From Trichoplax adhaerens (lineage: Eukaryota; Animalia; Placozoa), in assembly GCF_000150275.1 (NCBI RefSeq), contig NW_002060946.1:5413454-5477453 (forward strand): 64,000 nt of DNA, read 5' to 3'. The notes beneath the pieces are model-generated. The model ran no database searches. It worked only from the letters and a program-made list of their open reading frames with translations, and was not told the DNA's origin. This document shows, piece after piece, positions 12,101 to 24,296 of the stretch (position 1 is its first letter; every line of letters begins with the position of its first letter). The position numbers and the translations under genes were made by a program.

Positions 12101-14445
12101 AATTTTATAGAAATAGAGCTCAAAAGTTTTGATTAGACTTTAGACTTGAGATATAACATTAAGATAGGTGATAGTTTAGATAAAATCTAGCCAGTAATTA
12201 TGCCTTTAGTGGCGACCCTATGGCAATTTAAAGGAATTAAAATATACAACCGCTAATATCAGTAAAGTGAAAGTAGATAATCTATCGGCATTGGTTGGCT
12301 TTGTACTATAGACGTGGACGTCACTAAAATTAAATAGCGAGAAATGATTTCTTGTTCCACTTCACCTTACGACATAAACTTATTCTTCAACCAAGGACTG
12401 CATGTATATATCTCCGCCATAACCATATCTAATGGGATAATTTTACAATGTAAGTGCAAGTATAATCAATCGATCTTGACCTGCTATATAACTAAGATCT
12501 ATCTCCATCACTAAGGATTGAGCAATCAACAAGAACCTAAAATGGTCATTCTTATTTGTTATTACACTACGGATAAACGAATAATGCATGATTCCAGAAA
12601 ACATGACTCCGGAAATTTAGCATATTTGAATTTCTTTTACTTTCCAGTCGAGAATAGAAGATCGGCTGGGAGATATCGCCTAAGCGTTAAGAAGCAAGAA
12701 GGAAATGCTCATTTACTCTGTTGGGAGTATGTAGCTAGCTATTCCTTAAGCTGCAAAATTGACTCTAATAGTTCACATCAGCAATAAACTATCCGAAACT
12801 TACCTCAAAAATTGAATTAGTTAAATACTTTATAATGCTTAAATTATCAATTTTATGATGCTTCCTATTGTCACAATTCCAGATAGAAAAACGTACAAAC
12901 AGCTAGATATCTGTTAAAGAAGAGTCCTCTAATATCCTGTTCAATCCTGCTACCTTAATTACTCGTATTAATTATAAAGCGCAATCTATTTACCCAGCTA
13001 TCATCAATAATAAGTACTTTACAGGATAATTCTGTCGTTTATTTATAGGGAAATTCAGCCGAATAGCAAGATAATGAATGGGCCTACCTGTAATTTCATG
13101 ATTGCTCCTCATAGGCGTAAAGTATTTTTCTTACTAGGTAAGAGATTACGAGTGTCGTAGCAAAGAACATTAGCCCCAGCTAATTCAACTTTTCTTGCAC
13201 CCATAATAGCATTAATTATATAGAAAGTCAACGGTAAAATCAACCATTATGTCTGAATAGTGCAATCGCCTGTAGGCCCATTAAAATGGACGATGCCTTA
13301 CACTGATTACTCTTCGATTACCTTGTTGAACTACAGTAATATGGAAATGGACAAGCTAAAACTCTGAACAACGAACAAGATTTCTATCGATTTTGTAGCG
13401 TTAAATTACTTCATTAAGACATTTTACATTTCTCTTTCCACCAATACCTTAGTACAAAAAGTCATTATTTTATTCTTGACTTCAAGATAGCCACATTTTG
13501 CAGGAGAAATATCGCACTAAATCAATTTTTTTCGCTATGATCAGTGACTGAATTATTATAGTTCATGGAATCATTCATGGCTCATAAATCTTGTAAATTA
13601 ACCTACTTTTAGGCCGGAAGAATTTGTGTCTGTTCACTATGTAATTGTCGAAAGAAAATGGCAACTAATAAACATAAAATGCTGGCTAAACTTAGTCAAA
13701 ATCGATATCTTTCTCTAGCCAAGTGGACACGACAGAAATAACATCTACTAGTGTTAAAATACAGAATTTTTCATCTAATGTTATACCTATCATGGCTTAA
13801 AAGGAATGAAAATATTTTATTTATTAAATAGAAGTTCAAGCAAATAAAGTTAATATGCATTATCAGATCATAAGAGAGTAGTAATTATCCCACTAGTTAA
13901 AGCAGTATCCAATCTCGGATGAAAAAGAAGAACTTTAATACTCCATAAAACCTCATAAATGAGACACTGAAAAAAAACATTTTATAATGTATTTTTAAAG
14001 TAATTCTAGTTGACCTTATAAGTAAGACGGTACCCATTTCTAAAATATAAATTCAATCTATCGTATTCAAATTGGAAAATATGCTTATATTAATCCTATA
14101 ACTTTGATTTCTTTTTAAATTTTTAGTCTTAATTATAAAAAATTGAGCAGGACCAATTTCTGTCAAGTTTTCAACACTAACTAAGAGTTTCCTGCTATTA
14201 TTTTAGTTGAAAATAAATCTTCTTCCATATCTCACGGTTAGTATTTAGTAATTTCTCCTTTTTAAGAATTAAATGTATCCATTTTAACACTTGCAAACTA
14301 CGGTAATTAAAACAGACGCAATAAGGTTAGTAAATGATTTTTCTGTAGAGAATATATACGTAACATGATCTTGAAGGCTCTAATTTAGGGCCGCTATAAA
14401 GATAAGTCCGGATATCGCAAGTTTAAATCATTTAAGGAAAAGTTT

Positions 14446-15033
14446 TTACATAATTTTACAACTTGGTCCATCTGCCGAAGCAAACTTGTGTAAATCTTCA
14501 GAAATGGTTTTATTTCCATTTAGTTTAGCCATGTGTCTAGGTGTCTTGTATTTCTTGTTTACTATTTTAAAGTTGATACCTGGAGTTCTTGCTAATAAAT
14601 CTATAGCACTTTTATGACCCACGATAGCCGCACAATGCAAAGCTGTATTGCCTTCTTTATTAACTGCGTTAACATCTTCAATCACTTGTCGATATTTTAG
14701 TAGCAATTTAACCACACTGGTATGGCGGCCAATACAAGCTAAATGTAATGCAGTATTGCCATCGCGATTACGATGTTGAACATCGATAGGTCTGCATCTT
14801 GTGGATGTATAATTTAGTAGAAGTTCTGTAGCACTAGCATGCCCATAAGCAGCTGCTAAGAGGAAAGGCGTATTATGATCTCCATCGACTGGATCTAAAT
14901 TAGTCATAATAGGAAGTAACGCTTTTAAACCTATTATGTAGCCATTTTCGGCATCTTTAAGAAATTGTTTAGAGCTTGCTTCGCCTATCGACTTAATATC
15001 ACGATCAATCCACTCTTTCGCGGCACGAAGCAT
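14446..15033 (-). CDS. Ankyrin-repeat protein (195 aa) with C-terminal CaaX (CKIM); intronless CDS, paralog 2
   Basis: HNTPFLLAAAYG, GNTALHLACIG, GNTALHCAAIVG; ends GPSCKIM*. An acceptor-like ttatag lies 2 nt before the ATG, suggesting a 5'-UTR intron. Confidence 0.92.
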   Translation of the reverse strand: MLRAAKEWIDRDIKSIGEASSKQFLKDAENGYIIGLKALLPIMTNLDPVDGDHNTPFLLAAAYGHASATELLLNYTSTRCRPIDVQHRNRDGNTALHLACIGRHTSVVKLLLKYRQVIEDVNAVNKEGNTALHCAAIVGHKSAIDLLARTPGINFKIVNKKYKTPRHMAKLNGNKTISEDLHKFASADGPSCKIM

Positions 15034-18000
15034 TTCTATAATTCAAGGTAAAATGGTTTGTCGTAGGAAAGTGTCGATACTTGGATTAAAATAAGTCACT
15101 TTTTCCTAGACTATCGTACAGTAGTTGAAAGTTGAAGATAGAAATTAACGTTAGACGTCTTTCATTTTTTATGAAGAAGTAGTGAGTTCAGCAACTCTTC
15201 GGCTTAGACGATTACCAATAATATCTTTCAACCAGTAATGGACGAAATGTAGTGTAATATCTGAACCTCCTCTATCCAAGTTTAATCGATTGCTGATACT
15301 GAGAAGAAATGACAACAGCTTCTCGTTAATAAAATAACGACGATAAAAGTCAATCAATAACCCTTAATCAACAGTCTTCTTAACCTTTCACTGATAAACA
15401 TGCCAAAATGTTTTCTTAAGTCAACAATGTCGTCGTTAGCAAGTTACTAGGAAAAATCAAAAGTTCACTTAATAATTAGGGTTCAATATGAGATTGAATC
15501 AAGCGCTAAAATAAATAATTGATCATCGTGATACTATTGCTTATATAGGGTGTCGTTAGCTACTACTGTATAGACACCAGAAATAGGTTGCTAATCACCT
15601 TAATTATTATGATTCTTTCCATTTAGCCCGACTTTGAACTCACTACATGCTTTTACATGTGCTGTATAAAAATTGACATCATCATCATTAGGCGAATAAT
15701 TAACTTTGACATCTTTGTTATTAGATAATGAGAACAACCCAGAATGTCACAAGCACCACCTACTTAGCCGGCCATTATGGATATCATAATATTTTCAATA
15801 GTTGCATACAATAGCAAACTGAAAACGATGATAATAATGATTATACTCGGTAATAACTCTGCCTTACAACTCCTATCCTAGGTAGAGATATAGATTTAGC
15901 CGTTATTTTCCATTATAAATGGTAGGCATTATATTAATTTTGCATGAGAATGACTATTTTTAATCACCTGTTGCGTGATAAATAAAGCTCTATTTTATCT
16001 TTCCTTCAACGCTTTTGCAATCTGTTGACCTTCTTTTATTGTAGAATGAAAAGAAATCTATAATCTATATCAAGATAGATTATATTTTCCTAATAATAAT
16101 ATCATCACGTGGATAATGACGTTATTCTTGCTAGACAAGATAATATGGGAAAGTTTGGCTAGAGAATAAAGTGTACAACACTACAATAGTAATCACGACG
16201 GATGACTTGATCGTTAATCTATGGATTATGATTTAATTTCTTATCCTCTTACGTAGGCATTACGAATGATTAACTCTTGTTGATAAAGACACATATTTTG
16301 CATTAGCTAAAAGCACTCAATTAGAATTGAATATTGATACTTCTATTACTGTTATATAGGGTTGTGATAGAATTTAAAAATAGGAATAGGAATAATATTT
16401 CATCATGTTATGATTAATAACTTAACTGGAATCGAACAACATATGGTATACTTTACATTTTGTAATGTCAGTGCCTTTAAATTAGGATCCAAGGCATCAA
16501 CTTTGATTCAATGACGTAAAACATTGTTTTATTGTAACTAAATGAATTAATAATTAAGAAAACAACTCCAAATACTATTTATTGGTACTACATAACCTTG
16601 ACTTTTATTATCACGTGAAGAATTCATGAGTATATATATTTTATAAATAGTAATCAAGTTACAACAGCTCTAGTGACCTATGGGCATAAAAGATGAGTAA
16701 AAATGTAAAAGAGAAGAAAATTAATTCAATTAGGATTAAGGTGATATAGAATCAATATTCACCCAGTCATCATTCTAATGATTATGTATAACTCAAAATC
16801 CAACGTACCATTAATAAAATGCGTTCTGTATAAGATATATATATATAATTTGACAATATTTAAAGTGTTTTTGTAATGTAGTACTTATAAATATTACTAT
16901 TAATAATTTTAAATCAAGGCAATAAATTATTCTTCAACATCTATTTCAAAATAAAGATTGCATGAAGTAATAGTCGAATCATCATTATTATTTATAACGA
17001 ATATAGTACAACATTTAATCCAAGTCATAATTATCCTTATTTTATTGTTTGTTAGTTATAATCATACAAGGGTAAAGAAAAGTAAAGTGTTACTATCTTA
17101 CATTGATAACAATCTGATTCACTCAGTCAATAATACAGATTTGCATGAAGGAGGTACCAGATTGTGTTTGTTACTATTTATAATCATAGAGGACAAGTAT
17201 TCATCATAACCAAGCCCAGTGTGAAGGAAAAAATACTTAAGATAACACACTCCTGACGTTGACTTTCAACCAACTACTAAACCAATACAATAGTTACTAT
17301 GTTAGACTATGATGTCAACACACAATGCATTATATATTTATGTGACTTTAGATTTCCACGGTAACAGAGTCAAGTGAAAATAATTTTCTAGATAGCAAAG
17401 AGTTTTATATTTGTGAAAGATTATCAGTTGATACAATGCATCCAACTTGCATCCTACAGAGTATATTCTAGCATTCAAATAATGTGCAAATATATATATG
17501 TTAAAGACCAGATAAATTAAATTACTTTTAAATCAAAAAGGTCGAAAAATCGAAATATTTTTCTGCATGTGTTTATTCTTTAAATAAGAACATAAATTTA
17601 ATTGATGTTAGTGGTTATTAGCAATCACCTGTCTCTGGCTATAGCGCTTTGTATAGCTAAATAAATTTATTACCAGTTTATAATCTAATTTACTAACAAC
17701 TAGACCCATATCAGTACTGTATGTAGAAAATAGCATCGCTCAAATTTAAAGTACTGTATCCTAATATATAATATAACGGTACAAAGCATCAACGTTCTTG
17801 CTAGGTATCTGACTGATTTCCTGCGAGACTAATTTTTTAATTAAATTATGGTTTATTTTCCGCTTCAGTCGAAGCATCTACGTCATTTCCAAATGCCTGT
17901 TATTCTTTCTTGCCATAATTACATAGTAGCATATTTAAATCAAAGGAAATGCATTAAATTTAACTGTTGAATTTTTGCTCCGAAAATTATTTGCCGGTAT

Positions 18001-21000
18001 ATGAAATTAACTTACCTACCCTTGTTCGCTACAGAACTCTTCATGATGGGCTGTATTAATTCAATTTTCTTAGCTGTAATGGAAAATAAATTTTATCCCG
18101 TAAACTAGTCAACGGTTTTTAATAATAGATGTAGGCTAATAGCTTAAGCTTAGCCGCTTTGAAACAATCTAAATGATAACATTCAGTATACTGATTACGT
18201 AATCGATCTCTTGGGAACGGGTTTGTTTTTTCCTTCCTTTGCTGCAAAAGCGTACAATAATATCACAGTATCTAATGACTACGATTATTTAACAAATAAG
18301 ACGTTAAATCCAAGCTAGAACATATCATTTTTCATTCATTTATTCTATTTAATTGTATCATGGTTAAAATTTCTTCTATTAGTAATTTTTATTACTGCTC
18401 TAAAATAGCTGTTTAGATTAAGTACCAGTAAGTAATATAAAAATTTTAAACTTACAATTAGCTACAGTAATTTCAGAAAAGAGTTCAATCTGAGATTTTG
18501 AAGTTGATGCCATATAAAAAATCTTAAATATTATAAATTCTACTCTCAATGGTACATCATAAAAGTTATGTAATCACCAAACATTGCACTTCAATTTCAT
18601 TCCATCAAACTAAATATCATGAATAACAGATACAAAACTTTATCTAAACTGGATAGCTACAGTCAAAATCCTAACCTTGATGGAATGGAAATATGTTAAT
18701 ATTACTTTTGCTCTTAAGGCCAAGGATACAGCACTTACTGTATTGAAATAATTGCAATTGTCCTATACTAAATAATAAAACCTGATAGAATTAAATGTAG
18801 ATCCGTAATGCTATAGAACAAGAGATGAAGGTTAAAAATATAAAATCTAGCAAATAAATTATTTGTCTATTTTATAAATCAGCTCGGAAAGTGTCTAAAT
18901 AAAGAATAACTGCGCCATTTACGTGATATGAGGACATTCTCTTGTTACTGTATAGGATAAAAATATATGAAAGTATCATCCATTGAAAAGACATCAATAT
19001 TCCGAATAATAAGATCGATCGAAGGAGCAATCGAAATTTCGATAAGCAGGAAACTCATTTCAGTCAATATCATGAAATCATCATAACAGCTTCCCAAGGA
19101 AAGCAAAACTGACTAATAAACAACCATCAGCATTGTTGATATTATATAAATCTATAATTTCTACTGTTACATAACGTCAAATTCTTTCTGTAATAGCTGC
19201 GTGCACGTGCATAAACGGTAACACGAGTTGTGACGAAAACCAATCATCCAGATCTAGATGATTCATTACAACAGCAAATTAAAGGGAGAGTTGAGACATT
19301 GCGGCGTAAATGTGCGCTTCTTTCCAAGCTACGGTCTCGAATTGTGTCCATTACTCAATACTAAATGATATTATGGCCAGTATACCAGTAAATTTACCTG
19401 TATTAGTTTCTGTCTGACCTGTAGGAAAACTATTCTCTGCTAGATTATTTACGTGTGGTATTTCTAGGCCTACATAAAGTAAATAAACAATGTCAAATAA
19501 GAAACGGATATTGAACCAATGTGTATAAAAGCTGCCATAATCCAAGCAATACTTACCGTATATATTGGCATAAAGCTCCGCAATAACAAAGTTTCATTGT
19601 TTAGAATTATTTAGAATTTGCGTATTAGTTATTTCGTAAATAACTAAAAATGTTCTGACAAATTATAATAATTCATTTCCTAGACTTGACTTTAAAAATT
19701 TCATTCAGCGGCTGTTATGTGTCTAAACTATTATTGTACACGTTAGTTACTCCCAGAGTAGCTTGCAAATTACCGTACATCAGTTCTTTTTATTACGTAA
19801 CTTGTGCTTATTTACTTCTACTAGTAACAACACATACCATCATGATACGTGAATTTCACTAACTATACTTAGGGCTATGAACTAACCTATACTATTTCAT
19901 ATGATAAATCCCTACATATCCATACTAAGAGTTACAGAACAATTACATTTTGATATTAAATATTATATATTCATCTAATTTTACCTTACAATTATAAATA
20001 CTTGTTTTTACGATACCGTACATATCACTAGCATTGCCTCCTTAACCCAAATTTTATTTCAGTATAGCAGGTCCATCAGACATTATTTCAATTTTGCTTA
20101 CAAATTGATGAAATTTGTACTCATCCTAATTATTAATCGCTTCCATAGCATAGCGGAACATGTCAATCGGCCACAAAATCAATTTAATGAGTTCCTTAAC
20201 TTTGAATAACTGTTGATAGACAGTTGATAATTTTAATTGCAGTGAGCTCTGCCGTGTCAATTATAAGGATAGGTTCAGTTTTGAACAAATTCTTCTTATT
20301 TCTATTTCCGGAATAATACTATATTGTAAAGCATATTGTATGCGATTATGCTTTTTAAGTCGACTACGTATGATCAGTATAATATACGAACACACAAATA
20401 AATACACGTATAGTATATATCAATCTACATGTAAGGTAAACGAGCATACCTGTATAACTGCATAGAGTAGTTTCAAGTCATCACACAATGATGGAATTAA
20501 ATAGATTAACTAGAGTAACGATCAAAAATTATAGAATCTACGATTAGTTAATCTATTCGGTTACTGAAGATCGCTCTTTTCTACTATTTTATTACGCTAG
20601 TAATCATTGCCGGAAAAAGTACATAATACCTAAGAATTTAAGTAATTCAGCCAACTGATTCGGATTTTGTATTAAAAATGATACTATAATTGGATGATAT
20701 AGTTTTATAATGAAAGTAGCTTGTATTTTTATATTAGAGAAAACTAATAATTTAAATTAATATTAACCTTCTCTCTACATTAAATTTGAAATCAAGTTTA
20801 TCCCAGTAAATGCAGCGATACTTTACATTAAGTAAGATAGGCAGCTGAAATATTACATCTTTTAGCTATTCAGCTATTTTGAGCGAAAGTTTCTTAATTA
20901 TGCAAAGCAGCATGGAATAGCGAACCAATACCAATATAGTATCTTTATACAGCCAATCGTACTTATTCTATCACTTCCCATTCTCGATAAAAATGTGTCT

Positions 21001-23641
21001 GCTAATTGATCGCAAATTTCACAGTTAAAACTGAATGGATGGTTATGCTATTTTTCACTTATAGAGATCAAAAAAGTTTAAATATAGCTACAACATGCGG
21101 AATACTGCTATTTTCTGATACGTATAGATTCTGATTTCCATTAAGAAAACATTATAAGGATATCATGTGCAGTCTTTACCATTCTATCACAACTTTTAGT
21201 GAAGAATGGCATATGAGAGAATAAGGCTTACGAAGGAATAATACGGTAAAGTAAAGCTTGTAACAAGCGCAAGATTAAAATATGGAGAGTGTTAAGGCAA
21301 CTAAACTAGTTACAATCACTATTATTGAAGTCGATGCCTCTATATTAATAAGAACTAATAGAAAAGACTTCCAAGCATTTTAATATTTGTATCAGCATAA
21401 ATTCATATTTACATAGGGTAATAGGTATGAATAAACTGCTTGTGCATGATACAAAATTATTACATTTAAATAACGTATTTTAATGAATCTATTCATGATG
21501 AAATATGCTAAACAAATGCAATATATACATTTTTATATTCTATATTACAATGAGTAGTTCCTAGTTCTACTGTGATATGAATTCTACACGTAAATAAAAA
21601 TAAGCTAAAGTTTATGAATAAAAGTGAATTTTATAATTTATCACGTAAATCCATTGGCTCTTAGTAATTATCACTCTATGCAATCCAACTCCTTTTTCCA
21701 CTAATAGTTAAATATTTTAAAAAAAAAAGACTTGAAGGACCGAAAAATATATGCTTTATTCTTTCACTGATTTTAAGATCTCCAAATTTTAATTAAATAA
21801 TTGACCCCCCTAAATCATTTCAATCACCTTCGTATTGTTGCAATACATATTAGTATATACCATAAATTCCTACCGTATCTAATCAAAACTCTTAATAACT
21901 ATTCAACTTACCAACGTGTCCCTAAAGTCGAATATCGGTATTACACTGCAATCAGTAGTAGATATTATTAGATTATGCCAAATGATAGCAATAAATTGAT
22001 ATACAGAATGAACAGTAATCTTTCCTGTTTGATTTTTCATTTGCCTTCATTATCAGTTTTTATTAATTAAATTGAAAGGAAAGAATAAATACAGATCAAA
22101 GCCCACTATACTCGTAAATTGAAAATGGATATAGAATATTACTATACTGTAAAGAAATATCACTTTGGGCTATGAAATCAAATTTATGTATGAATAATCG
22201 CTTTCCATAGTGCAAAAGTGTTGATGAGATATGCTAATCCTAGATTGGGGTTGAACAATTGCCATAATAAATATAGATTTGACGATGAATCCAGCATTCT
22301 AAATATTTCAGGTATATTATTTAGCATATGTAATAAATGAGGAAAATAAAACAGTCAACCGTTTCCTGTAATATCGAGAAATTACTTTAGGAAATAGTAA
22401 TTTGTTTTCTTCCTCACTAAGATATGTAATATACGTGTGTTCTGGTAATAAAGTTACAGATGTAACAAATTTAATTTACCGATAATCTATAATTTAATAA
22501 TGAAGTCAGTTTTGGATACATTGTGTATACTCAACGTTTTTAATACTATAACATCCTGAATATGACGGAAGATTACAACAAGAAGTTAATCATGAATATC
22601 ATCACCAAATCAATCTTATTAATTTCATCTGTGTGCTAAAAGTATTGTAGCAGTAGTATTAAAGAGGTGTTCCTTATAATGTCCTTTAAATACTATTCAA
22701 AAATTAACAGTTATTAATCCAAAGTAAGAACATAAGAATAGATTAAAAAGTGCGAAATTAAAGTTGTATTCAACAATGTGAATTATAGTTTAAAGTTAAT
22801 TTGATGGTGATGTCGATTACTCCATCTTACTTCTATGCTATAGTTAGATCATTTATAGTTGCTGTAATTGATCAGCGTTTTTATTATTATATTTATATAC
22901 AACAAACGTGTACAGTTCGTAAATTGTTTGCTTTATTCAGGAACACATAAACGCATGGAATTACTCTTATAATATTTATAAAATACGTTTTCTGAAATGT
23001 TACTAAATCAACGCTACTCTAGCGCCATTAAAGTTCAATTTTCTTCCTACTAAAAGATAAACTTGATTTTAATTGTATGCAATTAATAATTACTATAGTT
23101 AAGTTCAATAACTATCAAATATACGTCATTTTTCCATACCAGAATTAAAACTATACTATTTTATAATCTTCATTTGAATATTTGCAGATCTAAAATTTAA
23201 AGAAGCATGATAGTAGTTCATGCGATAAAAAAGTTCATTTTTTCTTCTTGGCAACGTCGCAATCCAAGCTTGGACGTTGTAAGAATTCATAGTGCCAATA
23301 TAACTTATAAAATTACCAGTAGCGTTCAAATTAGGTTTATCCAGCTAGTTGGGATTACTATAGATAGAAGTATTAGCCATGATAGAAAATACAGCGTTGT
23401 GATATATAATCTGTTGAGATACAAAATAAAGCAGAAAGCAATGACTAAAATGATCTGCGGATTGAGAACTTTCATATGAATATTCAGAGATAGAAAAGAA
23501 AGATTAAGAATAATATCTACTTGATTCAAAGAAAGAATGAAAGGATAAGTAATAGTATTGCTATACAAAGTGAGAATGGAAATAGTTATGTGAAAATGAA
23601 CGGTCTAAGTACGCGAGCGAAATGAATAAGACTTACCATCA

Positions 23642-24229
23642 CTACATGAGAATACATTTGTCATCTTCGCTTGCAAATTTTTTCATATCCTTAGCTAGCG
23701 ATTTATGTCCGTTACTTTTAGCTAACTGAGCTGGAGTTTTGTAGTCTTTATTGACTTTAGTAGCGTTAATGTTGGGTACACGTAATAAAGCATTAATGAC
23801 ATGATGATGTCCTTGGATAGCGGCTAAATGAAGGGCTGTATTTCCATCTTTGTTCACAGTATTGATATCTTTAAGGACTGCTGGTTGCTTGAGTAATATT
23901 TTAATAATATTCATATGATCACTATAAGCTGCTAAATGCAATGCCGTGTCGCCATCACGATTTTGACCACAAACATCGATCGCTTTGCTATACTTTCCGC
24001 TGGAACAATTTAATAACGTTTCCATTATTTTAGCATGTCCGTTAGCACAAGCGAGTAAAAATGGTGTATTTCCTTGATCATCTTCTGGACTCAAGTCTGA
24101 ACATACCTTAAGTAATGCTTTGACACCTAGATGACTACCTTTACGAGCATCTTCTAATAATTGTCGATGACTTGCTTCTTCGACATTTTTAATATCGCGA
24201 GCGATTAATTCTTTCACCGATTTAAACAT
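23642..24229 (-). CDS. Ankyrin-repeat protein (195 aa) with C-terminal CaaX (CILM); intronless CDS, paralog 3
   Basis: GNTPFLLACANG, GDTALHLAAYSD, GNTALHLAAIQG; ends DDKCILM*. GCCATG start context. Colinear with paralog 2 (KE.I.RDIK...EAS..Q.L.DA..G...G.KALL; KFAS.D). Confidence 0.92.
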   Translation of the reverse strand: MFKSVKELIARDIKNVEEASHRQLLEDARKGSHLGVKALLKVCSDLSPEDDQGNTPFLLACANGHAKIMETLLNCSSGKYSKAIDVCGQNRDGDTALHLAAYSDHMNIIKILLKQPAVLKDINTVNKDGNTALHLAAIQGHHHVINALLRVPNINATKVNKDYKTPAQLAKSNGHKSLAKDMKKFASEDDKCILM

Positions 24230-24276
24230 GGCGAATTAATTTCAAATAGTTGAAAAGATTGTAGCGTTGCTCTCTT

Positions 24277-24296
24277 CAATCAATCAATCAATCAAT
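24277..24296. repeat. (CAAT)5 microsatellite upstream of ankyrin paralog 3
   Basis: caatcaatcaatcaatcaat. Confidence 0.8.

Noticed and set aside
5300-22500. Many TACGTG (HIF-element-like) and TGACGT words around the ankyrin genes
   Set aside because: About 9 TACGTG seen against roughly 8 expected from base composition over 27 kb on both strands; no enrichment.
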